A stretch of 64,000 bases of DNA from an uncultured Actinomycetes bacterium (GTDB lineage: Bacteria > Actinomycetota > UBA4738 > HRBIN12), in NCBI GenBank assembly GCA_963831325.1, contig CAWHQA010000004.1, positions 128,069 to 192,068 of the forward strand. Reading direction: 5' to 3'. Shown here piece after piece: positions 59,401 through 64,000 of the stretch (positions within the stretch are counted from its first letter, which is position 1; every line of letters starts with the position of its first letter). Under the pieces are notes generated by a model that worked only from the letters and a program-made list of their open reading frames with translations, did no database searches and had not been told where the DNA came from. The position numbers and the translations under genes are program-made.

Positions 59401-60229
59401 AGCTCCCGAGAGCGGGATTCAGCGGCTCGTGCGACCGCCTCCTGCTCGTTCCTCACCGCTGAGCCACGTTGGATCCACGCTGCCAGACCGAGGGTCGCAG
59501 CCACGAGGGCGACGCAGACCGCGATCGCGATACCGGTACGTTGGCGACGACCCGATGCCTTGCGGGAAGCGAGTACGAATCGGGTCTGCAGTTCCGTCGG
59601 CCTCGGTTCCCGATCGGCTGAGGCGAGCGTCGCTTCCGCCCCCTCGAGGTCTCGACCTCGAAGCAGCAACGAGCCATCCTCCCCCTTCGCCTTCCATTCC
59701 GACGCCTTCACGGTGAGGCGGGTGTGAGCTTTGACGTGGTCGAGGTCGGTCTCGAGGGCTTCAACGATGTCATCGCAGGCGCTTTCGAGCGAAGTCGAGT
59801 CGATCGCATCGATCCAGTTGAGTTCGGCCAGGAACGTCGGGACGGACTCCGGATCGGTTCGTCGGATCGCCACGGGGACGATCCGTTTGCCTGCCGAACG
59901 GGCGTGCTCCAACTCCTGGGCGCAGACCTTCGAATGAGCGAGATCTGGGAGAGACCACGACCAGGTACCCATTAGCTGAGAGCGATCGCGGCTTCGATGG
60001 TGGCCATCCAGGCAGCGGATGGCGGGATGTCCTCAAGGTCGACCCAGGCTCGCTTCCCGCGGGCGGCGAGGCCTTCAACTATCCGTCGAACGACCTCCCG
60101 ATCGGCCCGGGAATAGGAGATGAAGACATCATGGGTGGCGGTCCGTGGGTCGTTCGCACCCTCAGACGGAGCGATGGGCCGAATGTCCTTCGCCAACGGT
60201 CCCGCTTTCTCCCGCTCTACCCATCGCAC
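56500..60229 (-). CDS. TIR + single TM helix + WD40 array + C-terminal domain, paralog 4 (divergent; heavily frame-broken)
   Basis: ORFs 59972..60229 (..THDVFISYSRADREVVRRIVEGLAARGKRAWVDLEDIPPSAAWMATIEAAI), 58968..59972 (..SKVCAQELEHARSAGKRIVPVAI.., HVKAHTRLTVKASEWKAKGEDGSLLLRG, TM IAIAVCVALVAATLGLAAWI), 58351..59016, 58086..58418 and 56500..58089 (WD40 blades) form one gene. After ..VDRCDACVPVEELLQLAEE comes a C-terminal domain homologous to that of paralog 1. Confidence 0.8.
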
Positions 60230-60417
60230 TCCGCGGAGGCAAGGCCATCGTGGCAGGTCGACCGAAGCTTCGTTGTCGGGTAGACGACATCCTGGGCGTC
60301 GGGTGCCCGACCGGTCAACATCCGCTCATCAATGCCTCGGAGGCCGATCTCCCCGCTCAGGATCGACGAGGAAGAAGGCGGTTGGATCTTCTCGGTCGGG
60401 ACTCGGAGCGTCGGCGA

Positions 60418-60600
60418 TCAGGCCTTCAGGAGACGGTCGATCACTTCGGCTTCCGCGTGGAGTCGGGTCAGCAACCTACGGGCACGGTTCGATCTCTGCA
60501 GGGAGGCCGCATCGGAGACCAGCGTGCGTTCGACGTCGTCGTGTGACTGTCGACGCCGTTGGGGCTTCGTCTCACGGATCCGTCGCTGCATCGCGATCAC
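60418..60600 (-). CDS. Possible small basic helical protein (60 aa)
   Basis: The ORF reads MIAMQRRIRETKPQRRRQSHDDVERTLVSDAASLQRSNRARRLLTRLHAEAEVIDRLLKA. It lies between the S8 peptidase gene and TIR-WD40 paralog 4 on the same strand. It has no homology support. Confidence 0.25.
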   Translation of the reverse strand: MIAMQRRIRETKPQRRRQSHDDVERTLVSDAASLQRSNRARRLLTRLHAEAEVIDRLLKA

Positions 60601-60818
60601 CTCCTGCCCAGAGGTTCGCAGCGGCCCATCTACCGGACTGTCGTCTGAGCGACAGTCGAAGTATCAGATCGCTGACCCGCTGGTGGAGCGAAGCAGCACC
60701 GAGGCAACCCGGCCTCGTCGAGTTGGATTCCGACGAGGACGTGACCGGGCAGGCCTTCAGGCGCCCCTGAACGGCCGCTCGTGGCACCCAGGAGAGTCTG
60801 CCTTCACGGGCGGGCTCT

Positions 60819-61633
60819 TCACTTGCCCACGTTCCGCGCGAGCGCCATCAGCACCGTCTTCGCCTGGAACGGCGTGAGCTCAGGGTGCTTCGCGAGGATC
60901 AGCGTCGAGCACCCCGCGATGTGCGGCGCCGCGAACGAGTTCCCGGTGGCGACGATCGTCTTCCCTTCGAGCCACGGGACCTCGACGTCGATGCCGGGCG
61001 CACCCCATTCCGCCGGCGGCGTGGGGTTGTAGTCGAACGCGAGGGGGTCGTCGACGTCGTCGTGCGAGGCGACCGAGAACACCGACGAGTACTCCGCCGG
61101 GAAGCTCGGCCCCGGCATGTTGTTGATCGCGCAGACGAGCATCACGCGGCGGAACGCCGCCTCGTCGGCGATGCGATGGAACACCGAGTAGTAGTCGCGC
61201 TTGCCGGTCGACAGCGAGAGGTTGATCACGCGCATGTCGTTGCGCAGCGCCCACCGCAGGCCCGCCGCGAACACGAACCCCTTGCCGGTGAGCTTGCCCC
61301 CGAGCACCCGCACGCTGTGGATCTCGCAGTCGGGCGCCATCTTCCGGATGATGCCGGCGCAGGCGGTGCCGTGGCCGAACAGGTCCTCGTGCGGTCCCTC
61401 GGTGAAGCGCACGTTGCCCGGGCGCCTCGGGGTCGAAGTCGACCGCCACCGCGCCCTCGACGGTGTCGCACCCACGGGTGATCCGCGTCGATGCCCGAGT
61501 CGAGCACGGCGACCTTGACTCCCTCGCCGGTGCTGTCGCCCCACGCCCACTCGGGCGTGATCTCGTGCGGCACGTCGACGTCGATCTGCTTGAGCGCGCC
61601 GGGCTGGAACGCCCACGACCACGCCGGGCGCAT
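60819..61633 (-). CDS. S8 family (subtilisin-like) serine peptidase, no signal peptide (frame-broken near the N-terminus)
   Basis: ORF 61226..61633 gives MRPAWSWAFQPG...GEGVKVAVLDSGIDADHP (catalytic Asp). ORF 60819..61622 gives ..LFGHGTACAGII (His), ..VINLSLS.. (oxyanion Asn region) and ..ATGNSFAAPHIAG (Ser). The start lies 3 bp after the GAF gene stop. Confidence 0.85.
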
Positions 61634-61636
61634 GCG

Positions 61637-62402
61637 CTAGCCCCGGTTCCCCTGGGCGTACATCAGGAACGTGTAGAGCAGGTCGGTCGCGGCCTGGCGC
61701 TCCTTGGGCCCGAGGGCGCCGATCTCGGCGAACAGGTCGAGCAGCTCGGCGAACTCGCGAGCGGGCCCTCGAGCCTTCTCGGCGATGCGCTCGAGCGCCG
61801 CTTGCAGGTCGCCGCTCTCGGCTGCGCGCGCAGCCGCCTTGAACATCACCCGGCCGAAGCGTGCGGAAGAGGCGCGTCGGTCTCGATCGTGACCGCGGCC
61901 TGGCGGGCGAGCGTGGAGACCAGCCGCGACTCGTCGTGCGCGCCTTCCCTGCCCTCGGGGGCGTCGAGGATCTCCATCACGCCCATGACGCCCGGCGTCG
62001 GTCTCCAGCGGGATCGCGAACACCGTCGAGGGCGTGTAGCCGGTCGCCTCGGCGATATCGCTCGCGAACCGCGGGTCGCTCGGCGCGTCGGAGATCGAGA
62101 TCGACTGACCCGACGAGAAGGCCCATCCGGCGATGCCCTTGCCGGCCTCCATCTCCATGCCGACGACCTGGTCGCCGGCCGCGCCCGAGGCCGCGACGAA
62201 CGTCAGGATCTCGCGGTTCGGGTCGAACGACGCGATCGATGCGGCCTTCGCGCCCGGTCATCTCGCGCACCGTCTCGACGATCCAGTCCAACAACTCCTG
62301 GTACCCGGGTGGCTGGATCGCCGGACCCAGGTTGGACGCGGCCTCGGCGAGCTGGCTGAACAGATCAGGACGATCGGGCGCTGAACCGGCATCGTCGCTC
62401 AT
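61637..62402 (-). CDS. GAF-domain protein with C-terminal helical tail (frame-broken)
   Basis: ATG 62402 starts MSDDAGSAPDRPDLFSQLAEAASNLG..ELLDWIVETVREMTG.. The gene continues through IASFDPNREILTFVAASGAAGDQVVGMEMEAGKGIAGWAFSSGQSISISDAPSDPRFASDIAEATGYTPSTVFAIPLE...VMGVMEILD.. (a typical GAF core). It ends ..LYTFLMYAQGNRG*. Confidence 0.75.
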
Positions 62403-62565
62403 CGTCGCGGATGGTACAGGCCGCCGCGCGGCCGCGAAAGGGTGTCGCCAATCGGACAGCTCGAGAGTCGGGTGCCTGACAGTCGGCGTGGGTTGCATGA
62501 ACCATGATGCAGGGGTCAGGATGAGCCCCAGAAGAGAGGGCTCCCACCCAGAAGGAGGGTCGGAG

Positions 62566-62934
62566 ATGTCAGACCAGGAGAAGCGCGAAGGCGCCGAGGA
62601 CGACGCCGAGGGCCAGGCACCGAGGAAGCCTCGACGAGGACGACGCCGAGGGCCAGAAGCTCCAGAGGCCGAAGCTCGCCGAGGACGACGACGCCGAGGG
62701 CCAGGTCCTTCAGAGGCCGCAAGCTCGCCGAGGACGACACCGAGGGCCAGGTCTCAGAGGCCGAAGCTCGACGAGGACGACACCGAGGGCCAGGTCTCAG
62801 AGGCCGAAGCTCGCCGACGACGACACCGAGGGCCAGGTCCTTCAGAGGCCGAAGCTCGACTGACGACGACACCGAGGGCCAGGTCCTTCAGCAGGCCGAA
62901 GCTCGCCGACGACGACGGCCTCGCCGCCCTGTAG
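62566..62934 (+). CDS. Small charged tandem-repeat protein (about 122 aa as written)
   Basis: SD AAGGAGG precedes ATG 62566 (MSDQEKREGAEDDAEGQ..). The body is built from 7 copies of a ~45-bp unit. A strong hairpin lies immediately downstream. Its coding status rests on the SD, the ATG and the terminator only. Confidence 0.5.
   Translation: MSDQEKREGAEDDAEGQAPRKPRRGRRRGPEAPEAEARRGRRRRGPGPSEAASSPRTTPRARSQRPKLDEDDTEGQVSEAEARRRRHRGPGPSEAEARLTTTPRARSFSRPKLADDDGLAAL
62596..62915 (+). repeat. Seven tandem copies of a ~45-bp unit GA(G/C)GACGAC(A/G)CCGAGGGCCAGGTC(CT)TCAGAGGCCGAAGCTCG(C/A)C
   Basis: Units start at 62596, 62636, 62681, 62730, 62773, 62816 and 62862. Their lengths are 40, 45, 49, 43, 43, 46 and 45 bp. 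In the ideal frame each unit encodes EDD(T/A)EGQ(V/K)LQRPKL(A/D). Confidence 0.9.
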
Positions 62935-62946
62935 TCGCCTCATCTT

Positions 62947-64000
62947 CTAGACGCCGAAGGGCCGCCTCCGGGCGGCCTTTCGCATGTCCGGCCCTAGGCG
63001 TGTCCGAGCTCCTCGAGCGGAGCCCGTCACCGCAAGCCGGTTCGAGATCGCTGCCAGCAGCGTCGTCGAGATGCGAGGGCCTTCGTTGATGATGCGCAGG
63101 AAGTCCTCACCCGGGATGCGGAACAACGTCGTGTCGCTGGCCGCGGTCACGGTGGCCGTTCGGGGACGCTTCTCGAGTAGGCCGATCTCGCCGAAGTAGT
63201 CGCCCTCGCCGAGCGTGGCGACGACGCGTGTCGCATCGCCTTCGTCCACGCTCACCTCGACCTGACCGGTCACCACGGCGAAGAGGTCGTCGGGCTCGTC
63301 GCCTTCAGCGATCACGACGGCGCCGGCCGGAACCTGTTCCTCGGTGCCGGCGGCCGCCAATGCTTCGAGCTGCGACGCGGTGGCGGCTTCGAAGATCCCG
63401 AGCCGCTCGAGCAACGCGACCCGCGGCGCGAGCTCGGACGCACGGGCCGCGGCGCGGGCGTCGAGCCGCCGTGCCATGGGAAGCATCGCGACCGTGAGCA
63501 CGAGCAACACGCCGCCCGCGAGCGCAGTGGCGACCCCGAGACCGAACAGGTCGATCGTGATCGGGGCGGCGAGCGACCCGAGAGCCGTGCCCCCCACCGT
63601 CGCGGCGCCGAGGATGCCGAACACGCTTCCGAGACGTTCCTCGGGCACGACCCGCTGCAAGGTGGTGGTGCTGACGACGTCGGCGATGATTACCGCGGCG
63701 CCCTCGATCGTGAGCAGCAGGTACGCGGCGACGGGCGCATGCACGACCGAGAGCACCGTGAGCGGGATGCCCGCGACCAGCACCGAGAAGACGAGGATGC
63801 CGGACGTGTGGCTGCGCGAGGCGAGCTTGCCGGCGCTGGCCGTGGCGAGGATGCCGCCGATGCCCGGCGCCGCGAACAGCAGGCCCGTCGCGTCGAGGTC
63901 GAAGCCGAGGAAGTCCTCGGTGATCGGGCCGAACAAGCACGATCTCCTGCCCGAACGTGAACCCGAACGCGATCGAGAGGCCGACGAGCAGCATGGCCTC
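62947..64000 (-). CDS. MFS-type transporter fused to a C-terminal cyclic-nucleotide-binding domain (N-terminus beyond window; frame break near 63940)
   Basis: ORF 62947..63936 gives TM helices (..ILVFSVLVAGIPLTVLSVV.., ..AYLLLTIEGAAVIIADVV..). The cNMP-binding fold follows: IFEAATASQLEALAAAGTEEQVPAGAVVIAEGDEPDDLFAVVTGQVEV..GDYFGEIGLLEKRPRTATV. It has the same architecture as 33716..35440. Confidence 0.75.
   Translation of the reverse strand, partial: RPCCSSASRSRSGSRSGRRSCLFGPITEDFLGFDLDATGLLFAAPGIGGILATASAGKLASRSHTSGILVFSVLVAGIPLTVLSVVHAPVAAYLLLTIEGAAVIIADVVSTTTLQRVVPEERLGSVFGILGAATVGGTALGSLAAPITIDLFGLGVATALAGGVLLVLTVAMLPMARRLDARAAARASELAPRVALLERLGIFEAATASQLEALAAAGTEEQVPAGAVVIAEGDEPDDLFAVVTGQVEVSVDEGDATRVVATLGEGDYFGEIGLLEKRPRTATVTAASDTTLFRIPGEDFLRIINEGPRISTTLLAAISNRLAVTGSARGARTRLGPDMRKAARRRPFGV
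62957..62980. terminator. GC-rich hairpin between convergent genes (bidirectional terminator candidate)
   Basis: AAGGGCCGCC-TCCG-GGCGGCCTTT is a 10-bp stem including one G-U pair, with a T-run on the plus side. It lies 23 bp after the repeat-protein stop and overlaps the last codons of the minus-strand gene. Confidence 0.6.

Noticed and set aside
45405-60229. Whether the TIR-WD40 proteins are classical STAND/NLR-like (TIR-NACHT/NB-ARC-WD40) proteins.
   Set aside because: I looked for a Walker A (GxxxxGK[ST]) between the TIR and the repeats in all four paralogs and found none. The intervening segment is a helical linker plus one hydrophobic helix. The only P-loop proteins of the island are the cyclase-STAND genes.
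62596-62915. Tandem direct repeats that could superficially suggest a CRISPR array.
   Set aside because: The units are contiguous (~45 bp) with no unique spacers, and they lie inside an SD/ATG-led ORF. No cas genes are present anywhere in the window.
39998-62934. Prophage, ICE or transposon origin of the TIR/SLOG island.
   Set aside because: I could find no integrase, transposase, recombinase, phage structural or conjugation genes, no flanking tRNA, and no terminal direct or inverted repeats. Mobility remains unsupported.
1-64000. tRNA, rRNA or other canonical RNA genes.
   Set aside because: I saw no rRNA-like conserved blocks and no tRNA T-arm (GGTTCGAATCC-type) in a cloverleaf context. 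All sizeable intergenic gaps are short and are accounted for as promoter or terminator regions.

Overview
High-GC, actinobacterium-like chromosomal window. I found no rRNA, tRNA, CRISPR array, transposase or integrase.

**Positions 1 to ~37 kb** hold core and accessory metabolism:
- sdhCDAB, an O-methyltransferase and a methylmalonyl-CoA mutase catalytic subunit
- acyl-CoA carboxylase alpha with BirA, NpdG, and 3-hydroxybutyryl-CoA dehydrogenase
- an M23 peptidase, a LivJ-type binding protein and a CopC/CopD copper cluster

Interleaved with these is an unusual number of nucleotide second-messenger genes: a GGDEF fragment, four class III cyclases (a fifth lies in the right-hand block below), a Crp-family regulator and transporter-cNMP fusions.

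**37.2-39.9 kb:** two VapB-like antitoxin genes bracket an M1 peptidase. Only the second has a VapC partner.

**40.7-62.4 kb is the stand-out block:**
- an intact 1113-aa protein built as Zn-ribbon, class III cyclase, P-loop STAND, TPR and a SLOG/LOG-like domain
- 18 bp downstream, a TIR/alpha-beta-hydrolase fusion
- four paralogous TIR / single TM helix / WD40 proteins, with about 14 blades in the intact copy
- a secreted TolB-like propeller
- a GAF protein tightly linked to a cytosolic S8 protease

I propose this block as an uncharacterised nucleotide-signalling conflict or receptor system. It has Thoeris-like logic (TIR plus SLOG) and a Toll-like-receptor-like membrane topology. This is inference from domain signatures read by eye, with no searches run.

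**Caveat:** many genes, including essential ones, carry frame breaks that look like assembly indels. Coordinates given are reconstructed full-length loci, not single ORF-track pieces.
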